DNA of 64,000 bases, taken from NCBI GenBank assembly GCA_964488565.1, contig CAZAUE010000001.1, positions 42,687 through 106,686 of the forward strand. Direction: 5' to 3'. This DNA is from an uncultured Candidatus Saccharibacteria bacterium (lineage in GTDB: Bacteria > Patescibacteriota > Minisyncoccia > 2-02-FULL-40-12 > GWA2-44-9). The translations under genes were made by a program, and so were the position numbers. The notes beneath the pieces are model-generated. The model saw nothing but the letters and a program-made list of their open reading frames with translations. It was not told the origin of the DNA and did no database searches. Shown piece after piece: positions 11,096 to 21,056 of the stretch (position 1 is its first letter; every line of letters starts with the position of its first letter).

Positions 11096-11504
11096 GTTTT
11101 TTATGAATTAATAATGTTGCTGTAATTATAATAGAAGCAAAAAGTGCTAAGAGGGGTATATCAATAAAACCCAACAAGCTTATGTACCTTGTAACACATG
11201 ACACACCAAAAGTACAAGGCGTTAAACTTGCTGATATGACACTGTAATACAGTAAATTCTGATATAAAGCCATGGCACCACCTATGACACTCAGCGGTAA
11301 TGCGTAGTCATAAAAATGCCTGTCTTTTTTTATGATTCCCATGCCTATAATCAGTACCAACGGATATAAGACAATTCTTTGATACCAACAAAGAGAACAA
11401 GGAGCAAGGCCTAAAACTTCACTGAAATATAAACTACCAACCATTGAAAGTACGGCTGTAATCCAAGCAATGTATAAAATATTATCCTTAATAAATTTTA
11501 TCAT
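11079..11504 (-). CDS. DsbB/BdbC disulfide bond formation protein
   Basis: GSLYFSEVLGLAPCSLCWYQRI, second Cys pair. Confidence 0.92.
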   Translation of the reverse strand: MIKFIKDNILYIAWITAVLSMVGSLYFSEVLGLAPCSLCWYQRIVLYPLVLIIGMGIIKKDRHFYDYALPLSVIGGAMALYQNLLYYSVISASLTPCTFGVSCVTRYISLLGFIDIPLLALFASIIITATLLIHKKHVQRN

Positions 11505-11595
11505 AACGATTATGTTAATATTATACACTTTTTAAATATTTTTTCCACAAAACAAAAAGCATCTCTGTGTAGAAATGCTTTTTGTTTTAAGTGTC

Positions 11596-11754
11596 CTATT
11601 TGAATGGGTTTTTGCCTTGAATAACTCTCCACAGAACCATAATGACAGCCGCAACCAACAAAAGATGGATGAGCGCCCCAAGTACTGGAAAAATAATGAA
11701 TCCCAAAAACCATACTGCCACCAAAACAATTAGGATAGTCATGATCATATTCAT
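11596..11754 (-). CDS. Small membrane protein, lmo0937-like (52 aa, not in ORF track)
   Basis: Manual translation MNMIMTILIVLVAVWFLGFIIFPVLGALIHLLLVAAVIMVLWRVIQGKNPFK. Confidence 0.75.
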   Translation of the reverse strand: MNMIMTILIVLVAVWFLGFIIFPVLGALIHLLLVAAVIMVLWRVIQGKNPFK

Positions 11755-11778
11755 ATGTTTACTATTTAAATAATTAAT

Positions 11779-12327
11779 TTATTTATTAAACCGTTTAACA
11801 AACCAGCCCAAGAAACTAAACTGACCTTCATGATCTTTAGCAAAAGTCTCAGTTTTTGTTAAGGTTGCCTTAAGTGCATCTATTTGCTTCTGAAGGTCGG
11901 CTTTAACATTAAGATCGGTAGTTCGTTCTATGGCCTTAGTGAGTCGGTCAATTACATTTTGGGTTTTAACAAGCTCACTTCTAAGAGCACCCAAATTTTT
12001 GTAATCTGTTCCTATGAATACTGTCCTGAATTTACCAACCGTATCTACCTTGTCCATTGCCTCTTCAATTTTCTTTGATGAATCTTCCTGTTCTTTGGCA
12101 ATTTTACTAACCTCCTGACCGATATTGCTATCTCGACCAGCAACCTTTTTTAATTCAAGAACAATTTTGGAAACTTCACTAACACGCTCCTTGCCCTGTC
12201 CCCTTGAGGCGCTATCTGCAAAAACAACAGAAGAAGCCAAGAAAACTAAGGCAAAAACGACCGCAAATACTGAGTATTTGCCATACTGACCATACTGACC
12301 ATACTGACCATATTGTGGTTTATTCAT
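11779..12327 (-). CDS. Secreted/anchored coiled-coil hypothetical protein
   Basis: Signal-like hydrophobic stretch ending VFA; helical body; TATAAT 6 nt before ATG. Confidence 0.7.
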   Translation of the reverse strand: MNKPQYGQYGQYGQYGKYSVFAVVFALVFLASSVVFADSASRGQGKERVSEVSKIVLELKKVAGRDSNIGQEVSKIAKEQEDSSKKIEEAMDKVDTVGKFRTVFIGTDYKNLGALRSELVKTQNVIDRLTKAIERTTDLNVKADLQKQIDALKATLTKTETFAKDHEGQFSFLGWFVKRFNK

Positions 12328-12419
12328 ATGTCCATTATACCCCTTTATTCACAAGATAGACAATCAGGTTTTATTAAATTAAATCCCAAAAAATCCCACC
12401 TAAGGGTGGGATTTACTTT

Positions 12420-14237
12420 TTAATCAACTTGCTTGTGTAGCCATTCTTTATATTTCTGGACCATATCTTCAAAACTTATGGAATTGTCGGCAACCAACTC
12501 CTTCCCATGAACCATCCTTATCTCAGCGTTGAGGTTCACTGGACCAGTTCGGCCTAAAACTAGTTTCAATCTTTCGGTTCTTTTTTTTGCTCTCGCAATA
12601 TAATCGTCAATATTCATAGTGACATCTTCAATAAATGCCTCCGGAGAAAGCTTCTTGCCAGTAGCTATCCTGACAAATTCAGGGAAAAGTTTTGAGGAAC
12701 CAAGCTTCCAGACATTAGCCATTTCATCACCCACGCTGGGATTGTCTACAACATACCCATACTTTTTGTAGAAATACTGTCTCCACTGACTAAGCGCTAA
12801 TATTGCTAAGCCATATGAGTGATAGTAGGCCGAACTTTCCCAATCATAGATGTGAGGAACGGAGAGAATCAACAAAGTATCCTCGCTATAATCTGTATAC
12901 TTCCGACTCACTTCTTTGGCTATTTCTATCACTTTTTCAGAAGTAAGGTCCGTTTCTTCATAAACCCTCTTTTCAAATTCAGACACCATCATAATGTGAT
13001 TAAGACCAAGTGGTGACAATATTCTAACTTGTCTGGCTTTCCTCTCAAACAATTCAAACGGATAAGAATCTCCGTCTTTATTTTTTAAGTATCTAATCTT
13101 CCACTCAATGCTTGAAAACATGGTGTCCAAAAATTGACTATGAGTTTCTGCCCATGCAATAGATGCGGGTGGCCATTCTGTGTTAAGGCATACATCTACC
13201 TGTTCACTTGCAAGACGATCAGCCGCGTGTCCTCCCTCATGAAACAAGGTTTCCATTCCCTGCGAACCTGCTCCAGGCTGACCATAAACAACATTACAAG
13301 TAAAATTAGCAGCACCAGGGTTACGTTTTCCGTCATTGAAATTTACGATACTTGGGTAATGACAAAAACCATTATTATACTTGCCTTGTCTGTCTAGTAA
13401 ATCAAGCTGAAGTTTTCCGCCCCTATAGTTAATTCCGAGAGACGCAAAGGACCTGCCCCAAAGCATTAATGCTTCATCGAAATTAAAATAGGGATCTTCT
13501 TCAAGAGTAAAACTACCACTCATCATGAAACCAAAATTCCATGGTTTTCTTAATCCGGGCTTAGTTGCCTCCAATTCTCTTAGGTCTTCAAGGGCGTATT
13601 TAGTTCTTTCGTAAATCTCTCCAAAGACGTCAAACACGTCATTCTTGGTCATTCCTTCACTTAAATAAAGCTTGTAGGCATAAAAATCGTCATAGCCTAA
13701 TGCCTTGGCAAATTGATTGCGCATATTCACCAACTCAACATATTCCTGAACAGCATCAAGAGACATGTTTTCCAAAGCACCAAAGCACGCCTTTCTTACG
13801 TCCTCATCAGAATTAGTTCTCATTATCATCCTCATTTTTCCCTTTGAAGCGGGAATAAATTCACCAGTCTTGGGATCTTTATAGCCCTCAACTCTTGTGG
13901 CAAATTTCTTGGCAACCTCTCCCTCAAGAGTTGCAATTTTGTCCCTCAATGAAGTTAATCCCGGTGGTGTTTGATACATCTGAAAGAAGTTTTGCCAAAC
14001 TTTTAATCGTTCGCGCTCCTGAATAGTAAGACTGGAAGTGGTTAAAACCTCTTTTACGAGGTTCAGATTCCCCGCGTCAGATCTAAAAAGATCTCTCGCC
14101 TTTTCCGCTTCGTTCATTGCTTCTTCTACTGAATGGTCGCCCATCTTGAAAGTCCAAAACAACTCTTCAAATTTTTGATGGAGTTCGGTGTAAGTTGAAT
14201 TTAAGTTTTGTAGTAGACCTTGAGGATTAGAAGACAT
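12420..14237 (-). CDS. M3-family metallopeptidase (oligoendopeptidase-like)
   Basis: LFHEGGH zinc motif, downstream AETHS, HIY...YYHSY. Confidence 0.85.
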   Translation of the reverse strand: MSSNPQGLLQNLNSTYTELHQKFEELFWTFKMGDHSVEEAMNEAEKARDLFRSDAGNLNLVKEVLTTSSLTIQERERLKVWQNFFQMYQTPPGLTSLRDKIATLEGEVAKKFATRVEGYKDPKTGEFIPASKGKMRMIMRTNSDEDVRKACFGALENMSLDAVQEYVELVNMRNQFAKALGYDDFYAYKLYLSEGMTKNDVFDVFGEIYERTKYALEDLRELEATKPGLRKPWNFGFMMSGSFTLEEDPYFNFDEALMLWGRSFASLGINYRGGKLQLDLLDRQGKYNNGFCHYPSIVNFNDGKRNPGAANFTCNVVYGQPGAGSQGMETLFHEGGHAADRLASEQVDVCLNTEWPPASIAWAETHSQFLDTMFSSIEWKIRYLKNKDGDSYPFELFERKARQVRILSPLGLNHIMMVSEFEKRVYEETDLTSEKVIEIAKEVSRKYTDYSEDTLLILSVPHIYDWESSAYYHSYGLAILALSQWRQYFYKKYGYVVDNPSVGDEMANVWKLGSSKLFPEFVRIATGKKLSPEAFIEDVTMNIDDYIARAKKRTERLKLVLGRTGPVNLNAEIRMVHGKELVADNSISFEDMVQKYKEWLHKQVD

Positions 14238-14425
14238 GGAACACACTTCTTTTCTTATTAAAATACTGAAAAATATTATATATCATTACACCAAATCCAC
14301 AAGCCAGCAGCGTACTCAAGAGTTCTTAATCCAATCTTTCTGTTGATTGTGAAAGGCTAAAACAAGGCAGGCCTCTCGGCCTGTTTTGTTTTAGCTAAAC
14401 ATTAACCAAATTCGTCTTTTAAAAC

Positions 14426-14710
14426 TTAATCCTTAAGAAATCCCTCCAAAAATGCCACGATAGAATATTCACCATCAAAATCACCCTCGATCATTTCATG
14501 GCCCTCACGAGGAGTACTGCCTTTAAGTTGATGATAGCATCGATATTGCTGATAGTCGGGATTATTTTCCTTTATTTTTTCTGCAAAGGGAACCATTTCC
14601 TCATGAAAATCTAACACATCCATGCGTTCTTTTATTTCTCTCAGCAAGCGAGTTATTTTGTCTTGTGTTGATTCTGGAGAAGGAGGACTTTGTTGTAATT
14701 TTTCATTCAT
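14426..14710 (-). CDS. Hypothetical protein
   Basis: 94-aa ORF followed by hairpin terminator at ~14357-14395. Confidence 0.55.
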   Translation of the reverse strand: MNEKLQQSPPSPESTQDKITRLLREIKERMDVLDFHEEMVPFAEKIKENNPDYQQYRCYHQLKGSTPREGHEMIEGDFDGEYSIVAFLEGFLKD

Positions 14711-14736
14711 GTTTTTCTTCTTACTTAAAAATCTAT

Positions 14737-15750
14737 CTACAAATATAATATCATATTTAACAACATGGCACTACCAAGTGGAACTAAGATGTTGTCGTCT
14801 AGTATGAAAGAAAAATGATCTAATATTGCCACAAATAGTGCTCCCATGAGCAAGGTGTTAAGTGGCAAAACGAGTGATGTCAGAGATTGAATGAACAAGC
14901 CAGCCACCAGGGAAATGGTAAAAATAACAATGGCTCCGGCAATGGTTTTGTGCCCAAGAATGGGTTGTTGTGGCAAGAAACTAATCATTTTACTGAACGG
15001 GGCAAAAGTATCGCTCAATATAAAAAACGTTAAACTTATTACGGCAATTTCTTTGGGAAATAAACTAATTACCACAAGCGCACTAAACAAGAAGATACTA
15101 TATCCCGACAATCGCCTTTCCTCTTTTGTCCGCGCAAATGTTTTTAATTCTAAGTATTTTTTATTAAGAGTTGGAATTGTTAATCTGACCACATCAACCA
15201 AAACAGCGACCCCAAGAAAAATAACTACCACCTTGGTGACGATAGTGGTTGAAATTACAATTAGACCCAAAGGGAATATCAAGGCGCCAAGTTTTAACAA
15301 ATGCCTCATTGGCAATATCATTTTAACGGTAGCGACCTTAATAGAATAAACAATAAACCCAATAACCAATAATAATGCGTAAATTGATTGCGTAAAGAAA
15401 AGAGTGACAAAACATAGTCCCGCCAATGAAGCCACGCCCTTTCCTCCTCTGAATCCAATATAAGACGGTGCAATATGCCCAACCACTCCAGCCAATCCAA
15501 CAAGAATAGCCATGTCTGGGCTAAGCCAACTTAGGCTTAAATAATAAACAACGGGTGTTTTTAAAAAATCAAAAATTCCGGCAAAAATTCCATAGACTGG
15601 TCCGATAACAAAATACGTATTAGTGGCTCCGGTGTTGTGGTTTCCGTAATTCCTAATATCAATTCCCTTGACCACACTGCCAAAAAAATAACCCGGCGAT
15701 AGTGAGCCGACTAGATATCCTAAAATAATAAGAGAATAAAATGTTAACAC
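14737..15750 (-). CDS. plsY: Glycerol-3-phosphate acyltransferase PlsY fused to CTP-dependent polyprenol/DAG-kinase-like membrane domain
   Basis: GYLVGS, DIRNYGNHNTGATN, DFLK, GH, FRGGKGVAS; C-terminal SDTFA...KTIAG...DDNILVP. Confidence 0.8.
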   Translation of the reverse strand: MLTFYSLIILGYLVGSLSPGYFFGSVVKGIDIRNYGNHNTGATNTYFVIGPVYGIFAGIFDFLKTPVVYYLSLSWLSPDMAILVGLAGVVGHIAPSYIGFRGGKGVASLAGLCFVTLFFTQSIYALLLVIGFIVYSIKVATVKMILPMRHLLKLGALIFPLGLIVISTTIVTKVVVIFLGVAVLVDVVRLTIPTLNKKYLELKTFARTKEERRLSGYSIFLFSALVVISLFPKEIAVISLTFFILSDTFAPFSKMISFLPQQPILGHKTIAGAIVIFTISLVAGLFIQSLTSLVLPLNTLLMGALFVAILDHFSFILDDNILVPLGSAMLLNMILYL

Positions 15751-15836
15751 GATATGTTCTTATTCTAATTTTTACTACAAATTAACGCAAGCAAAATGCC
15801 AACATTTAAAAACCCCCTTTCTCGGGGGTTTTTAAA

Positions 15837-17078
15837 TTAGTCTAGGAAGGTGAGAGCTTTGCCTCGCTTATCAGCTCGGCCGGTTCGGCCTATGCGATGG
15901 ACGTAATCGTCATATGTTGCAGGTAAGTCAAAATTTATTACATGACTAACATCAGCGATATCAAGACCTCGAGCAGCGACATCGGTTGCGACTAGAATCT
16001 GAATGAGACTAGACTTAAACAAACTAAGCGCTTTTTGGCGTTGAGATTGATTTTTGTTGCCATGAATAGACTCGGCCTTAAATCCTCGTCTGGAAAGAGT
16101 CTGTGAAAGACGTTCTACGCCATGTTTAGTTCTTCCAAATATAAGCACCTTGCTGAAATCTGAGTGAGCCAATAATTCATGAAGAATTTCTACTTTATCT
16201 TTTCCATCTGCACGAATAACATCCTGCTCCACATTTTTTGAAGTGTCTCTTGTTTTTACTGAAATTCTAATAGGCTGACGTAAAAATTCAGCAATAAGTC
16301 TATCAATATCGCGTGAAAGAGTAGCCAAAAAGAATAGTTTTTGTCTTTTTTTTGGCATTCCCGCCATTACAAAACGCATGTCATTGATGAATCCCATATC
16401 AAGCATTCTGTCTGCTTCATCCAAAACAATGGTTTTGAAATCAGAGAGACGAATAAATCTGCGCTCAATAAGATCTTTCAATCGTCCTGGAGTACCGATT
16501 ATAAAGTTATAATTACTTCTTAAATGTGAAATCTGGCGACCAATACTGGCCCCTCCCACGCAGCAAACTGAAAAGATTCTCATTCCTTTTGTAAAACCCT
16601 GCAGTTCATCTTCTATCTGCAACGCAAGTTCTCTGGTAGGAACCACGACTAAAACCATTTCTCTGCGATTTAAAACAACTTTGTTTATTAACGGTATTAA
16701 GAATGCCGCTGTTTTTCCTGTACCAGTATTGGCAATTCCAACGACATCAGAACCGCTCAAAATGTGAGTGATAGCTCTATCCTGAATAGGAGTTGGGGTA
16801 ATATAACCCTTTGAAGCAATGGCTTTCTTTACGGTTAAATCAACATTAAAATCCTGAAAATTATGCTCAGGAACGAAATGCTCAATTTCTTCGGTAATTA
16901 CCGCTTTGTTTATGAATAGTGCTGGATTTATATAGTCTCCAGTATTCTTTTTGCGACCACCAAAACCGGAAGAGTTTCCCCCTCTTTTAAATGTTGGCCT
17001 GCCAGAAGATGTTGTTTTAAATCTTCTATTACTAAAATTTCTTGTAGACATACTTGTTTTTAACATTGGAAAACCCAA
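15837..17078 (-). CDS. DEAD-box RNA helicase
   Basis: PTPIQ, TGTGKT, PTRELA, TPGRL, DEAD, ARGLD, HRIGRTGR; start uncertain. Confidence 0.95.
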   Translation of the reverse strand: MGFPMLKTSMSTRNFSNRRFKTTSSGRPTFKRGGNSSGFGGRKKNTGDYINPALFINKAVITEEIEHFVPEHNFQDFNVDLTVKKAIASKGYITPTPIQDRAITHILSGSDVVGIANTGTGKTAAFLIPLINKVVLNRREMVLVVVPTRELALQIEDELQGFTKGMRIFSVCCVGGASIGRQISHLRSNYNFIIGTPGRLKDLIERRFIRLSDFKTIVLDEADRMLDMGFINDMRFVMAGMPKKRQKLFFLATLSRDIDRLIAEFLRQPIRISVKTRDTSKNVEQDVIRADGKDKVEILHELLAHSDFSKVLIFGRTKHGVERLSQTLSRRGFKAESIHGNKNQSQRQKALSLFKSSLIQILVATDVAARGLDIADVSHVINFDLPATYDDYVHRIGRTGRADKRGKALTFLD

Positions 17079-17233
17079 CTACGGTCAAAATTAAAATACG
17101 GACCGTATTGTCTCATGAGTTTCCAGATAAAGTTTTGAGGACTTTGCCGTAGGGTACAAATACCCTATAAAACCCGAAGAGATTTAGTTATATATAGAGT
17201 ATATATCAAAACCCCCTTTTTGTCAACTAGAAC

Positions 17234-17668
17234 CTACTCTGTGGTCTGACCGTCAAAGTGTTCCGTCATACGGCGACTGCTCCTTTCGCTTTGCTCAAGG
17301 GTTGCTTCACTGGCTTCTGCCTCTGCTTTGGTGACGTGGATAGTGCCGTCTTTATGATTGGGTGGAGAATAGACGGTATAGAGTTTCATCTCTTCTGTTT
17401 CAGAAGTATTGATGATATTGTGCTTAGTCCCAGCTGGAACTACAACACAAAAACCATCAGATAGTTCGTACTCAACGTCATTCAAAACAGTTTTACCTTG
17501 TCCTTTCTCTACTCTTATAAATTGATCTAATTGATGAATCTCCTCACCTATTTCTTCTTTGGGCAACAAAGACATCACCACCAACTGACTGTTCTTGGTG
17601 GTATACAAAACTTTTCTAAAGTTTTTATTGTCCAATGAATCCTTTTCAATATTTGTTACAAATCCCAT
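17234..17668 (-). CDS. Cupin domain protein
   Basis: NFRKVLYT, EEIGEEIH, PAGTKHNIIN, LYTVYSPPNH. Confidence 0.88.
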   Translation of the reverse strand: MGFVTNIEKDSLDNKNFRKVLYTTKNSQLVVMSLLPKEEIGEEIHQLDQFIRVEKGQGKTVLNDVEYELSDGFCVVVPAGTKHNIINTSETEEMKLYTVYSPPNHKDGTIHVTKAEAEASEATLEQSERSSRRMTEHFDGQTTE

Positions 17669-17700
17669 ATTTTTGTTGTCACATTTAAAAATCCGACAAA

Positions 17701-18468
17701 TTAACTGGCCAACCAACCGCCGTCTACATAGAAAGTGGCACCGGTTACATAACTCGCTTCTTCTGATGCCAAAAATACAACCATTGCAGAAACCTCTTCG
17801 GGTTTTCCAATCCTCTTAAGTGGAATACTTTTTGATAACAACTCACTATCTTCTTTTGGTAATTCTTTTCCTGGCTCGCGAACCATTGGAGTATCAATCA
17901 TGCCTGGTCCGATAGCGTTTACATTTATACCATAGTCAGCCAACTCAATCGCTAACGCCTCAGTCATTCCTATTATTCCCCCTTTTGAAGCGACGTAGTG
18001 CGTACTGCCAGGAAACCCTATTCCGGTACCGCCAGATGCTATTGAGGCAATATTAATAATTCTTCCCCATTTGTTTTTTAACATTTCTTTAGCTGCACGT
18101 TGAGCACAAAGAAACTGACCCTTAAGATTCACATCGATTGTTTGTGTCCACTCCTCTTCAGTCATTTCCAACACTGGCTTTGGAACAAATATCCCCGCAT
18201 TGTTTACAAGAATATCCAGTCGGCCATATTTTTTAATAACCTCATCAAAAACTTGGTCAACCTCAACCTTACTGGTAACATCCATTCCAAAACACACTGC
18301 CTCGCCTCCTTTTGAAGTTATCTCATCAACAACAGCCTGACATCCTTCAATTGTTCTGTTAGTAACCACGACCTTTGCCCCCTGTCCTGCTAATGCTAAC
18401 GCGTGAGCCTTGCCCATTCCTTGACGTGCACCTGTAACCAAAGCGACTTTGCCATTGAGTTCAAACAT
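17701..18468 (-). CDS. SDR-family oxidoreductase (FabG-like)
   Basis: TGARQGMG, NNAG, YVASK. Confidence 0.93.
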   Translation of the reverse strand: MFELNGKVALVTGARQGMGKAHALALAGQGAKVVVTNRTIEGCQAVVDEITSKGGEAVCFGMDVTSKVEVDQVFDEVIKKYGRLDILVNNAGIFVPKPVLEMTEEEWTQTIDVNLKGQFLCAQRAAKEMLKNKWGRIINIASIASGGTGIGFPGSTHYVASKGGIIGMTEALAIELADYGINVNAIGPGMIDTPMVREPGKELPKEDSELLSKSIPLKRIGKPEEVSAMVVFLASEEASYVTGATFYVDGGWLAS

Positions 18469-18500
18469 AATTTTAATAAATTAACTAATTATTATTTTAA

Positions 18501-20357
18501 TTATATACCCTTTTTCTTGTCTCTGAAAAGACGAGCGGAATTAATCAATGGCAGGAAATCTGAAGCAAAATTATAAAACGCAGCCAACGCCGGACCAATA
18601 AATCCCATAAAGACCAAAGCAAATCCTATGACATTGGATAAGACCCAAATTATCATATCTCCACGAATCACTGACATTGTTTTTCTGCCCAACAAAATCG
18701 TCTCTGGCAACAAATCAAGTTTGTCTGTGAGAATAATCACATCAGCAGCCTCAATCGTCACTGCCGCGCCAGCTCCTCCCATACCTATTCCAACATCGGC
18801 TCTTGCAAGAGATGGGGCATCATTGATTCCATCTCCAACCATGGCAACAATTTTATTTTGACCAAGTAATTTTTCCAATTCTTTCTCCTTTGTTTCTGGT
18901 TTCATTTCAGACACTACTTCTGAAATTCCCATTTCTTGGCCAACATTGTTAGCAATATTTTTCGCATCTCCAGTAAACATTGATATCCGATTTATTCCGA
19001 TTTCTTTAAGTTTAGCAATGCTTTCTTTTGCCTCAATCCTTGGCATGTCTCGCACTAAAATATAACCCATAACCACTGTCCCATTAATTACAACGTTAGC
19101 AGGCATGACTTCTTGTTTGGTCAAATTATCCATTTCTTCTTTGATAATTTCCGGATTGGCTACTTTGCTTTTCAAAAGAATATCCGAATTACCAATAAAA
19201 ATATCTTGGGATTGATATGTGGCTGAAACACCCATGCCCTGAATAGAAGAAAACGAATCGGGGTCAGGAATGTGTCCAATGCGAATAATCGCTTCTTTGA
19301 AAATCGCCCGTCCAGCTGGATGGTCTGATAATTTTTCTGCGATACCAGCCAAGTTCCAAAACTCCTTTTCCGGAATATTATTTTTAATAACAACCTTTCC
19401 AATACGCAAATCCCCATAAGTAAGAGTGCCCGTTTTATCAAGAACAACAGTGTCTACTTTAGAAAGCACATCCAACCATTCACCGCCCTTTATGATTACC
19501 CCTCTTTTAGCAGCCCTTCCAATAGCCGCTGTCATAGCTAGTGGTATTGCCACCGCCATATCATCAGCGCACGCGACCAAAAACAATGAGGCAGTGAGTA
19601 TAATGTTACGAGTAACAAAATAAGTAACGATTCCCAAAACAAGAATAATGGGCAGAAAAATTTTAGCAAATTTATCTGCCGTCTTTTCAGAACGAGATTT
19701 ATGTTTTGTTGCTTCTTGAATAAGAGAGGCGATACGCTCAATCGTAGAGTCCTTGCCCACCCTCGTGGCTCTTATCTTTATAGTTCCTGTTAAATTTAAA
19801 GTTGAACCCAAAACATCATCTCCCACACCTTTTTTAACTGGTAAAGATTCGCCAGTAACAAGTGATTCGTTTATTGTCGCCTCACCAAAAATAATAATTC
19901 CGTCTGTGGGAATTTGTAATCCTTCCCTAACAATCAAAACATCACCCGCCCTTATATCTTCCACTCGAACCTCTTCCGTGTTTTCTCCAATTTCTCTGAA
20001 CGCTTTAATTGGTTTAAGACGCATTAACTCCTCTACTGCCCGATTTTTTCTGGAAACAAGTTGCCAATCAAGAACATAAGCAAAAAGAAGCATTAGAATT
20101 ATAAACGCGGAAGAACGAATTTCGCCGGCAGCAAAAGAAACAACTAAAGCAAATGCATTAAATGTGTTTATGGTAATTCTCCCTTTCAGTAAAGGGTAGA
20201 TACCATTAGCTATTGGTATGAGTGCTCCAATGGCGGCAACACTAAGCAATAAATCATGAAAACCCCAAAAATAATCCAGCACCAATCCAAACAAAACAAA
20301 CCCTGCTAAAACATATTCTCTGATGGGGGCCTGAAATATTTTTTTAAACGCAATCAC
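18501..20357 (-). CDS. Heavy-metal P1B-type ATPase, atypical metal site
   Basis: TGES, DKTGT, SDHP, GDGINDAP; ACADD in place of CPC. Confidence 0.88.
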   Translation of the reverse strand: MIAFKKIFQAPIREYVLAGFVLFGLVLDYFWGFHDLLLSVAAIGALIPIANGIYPLLKGRITINTFNAFALVVSFAAGEIRSSAFIILMLLFAYVLDWQLVSRKNRAVEELMRLKPIKAFREIGENTEEVRVEDIRAGDVLIVREGLQIPTDGIIIFGEATINESLVTGESLPVKKGVGDDVLGSTLNLTGTIKIRATRVGKDSTIERIASLIQEATKHKSRSEKTADKFAKIFLPIILVLGIVTYFVTRNIILTASLFLVACADDMAVAIPLAMTAAIGRAAKRGVIIKGGEWLDVLSKVDTVVLDKTGTLTYGDLRIGKVVIKNNIPEKEFWNLAGIAEKLSDHPAGRAIFKEAIIRIGHIPDPDSFSSIQGMGVSATYQSQDIFIGNSDILLKSKVANPEIIKEEMDNLTKQEVMPANVVINGTVVMGYILVRDMPRIEAKESIAKLKEIGINRISMFTGDAKNIANNVGQEMGISEVVSEMKPETKEKELEKLLGQNKIVAMVGDGINDAPSLARADVGIGMGGAGAAVTIEAADVIILTDKLDLLPETILLGRKTMSVIRGDMIIWVLSNVIGFALVFMGFIGPALAAFYNFASDFLPLINSARLFRDKKKGI

Positions 20358-20440
20358 TGTATTTTTTTATTAAAATATAATAAACACGTGAAGATAGTTT
20401 CACGTGTTTATTATAACTCTTTATCTAATTATGAGCGATA

Positions 20441-20881
20441 CTATTTCCAGAACCTTCTAACTTTTGAATCCAATCCCCAGAAAGTGCCCGCATTTGAAGC
20501 AATGAGAGTAAGGAAAACTGTTATAAATATTATGTGCTCATCTACCAACCATGAATTGGCTCCCACATAAGGAAACTGCATGATGGGGAAATAATATAAA
20601 GCCATAAGAAGTATACCTCCCAAAGACGCCCATCTTACCAATAAACCAGTAATAAGTGCCAAACCAACAAGAGTAAGTCCCCATTCGTTCATAAAATTAA
20701 CCCAGCCAATATTATTTGCACTCGCAAACCACTGGAAAAGATCCGGAAATGTCTTTGCGTTATTTAAATATCCCGCAGCAGACCAGTTCGGATTCATGAC
20801 CTTTGTTATTCCGGCATAAAAAAACATTATGCCCAAACCGACCCTAGACAAGAACACCGCCATCTTGAGTTGATTATTCAT
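20441..20881 (-). CDS. DoxX-family membrane protein
   Basis: RVGLGIMFFYAGITK, WSAAGYL, GLD tail. Confidence 0.85.
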   Translation of the reverse strand: MNNQLKMAVFLSRVGLGIMFFYAGITKVMNPNWSAAGYLNNAKTFPDLFQWFASANNIGWVNFMNEWGLTLVGLALITGLLVRWASLGGILLMALYYFPIMQFPYVGANSWLVDEHIIFITVFLTLIASNAGTFWGLDSKVRRFWK

Positions 20882-21006
20882 CTCGTTTGAAGTGCTACTG
20901 ACTATCCACGGTATCAAAACAGTGGCAGGCGTTAGTCACTTTATTAATACCCCAATTTTAACACAAAAAAACAGGCAAAAAATGTGCCTGTGGACAAATT
21001 GAAAGT

Positions 21007-21036
21007 AAAAAAAGAGGAGGCGCCATAGCGCCTCCT
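21007..21036 (-). terminator. Intrinsic terminator of GC-rich cassette
   Basis: AGGAGGCGC-loop-GCGCCTCCT followed by U-run on minus strand. Confidence 0.8.
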
Positions 21037-21056
21037 TGATGGTTCGGGGTCGGTTC

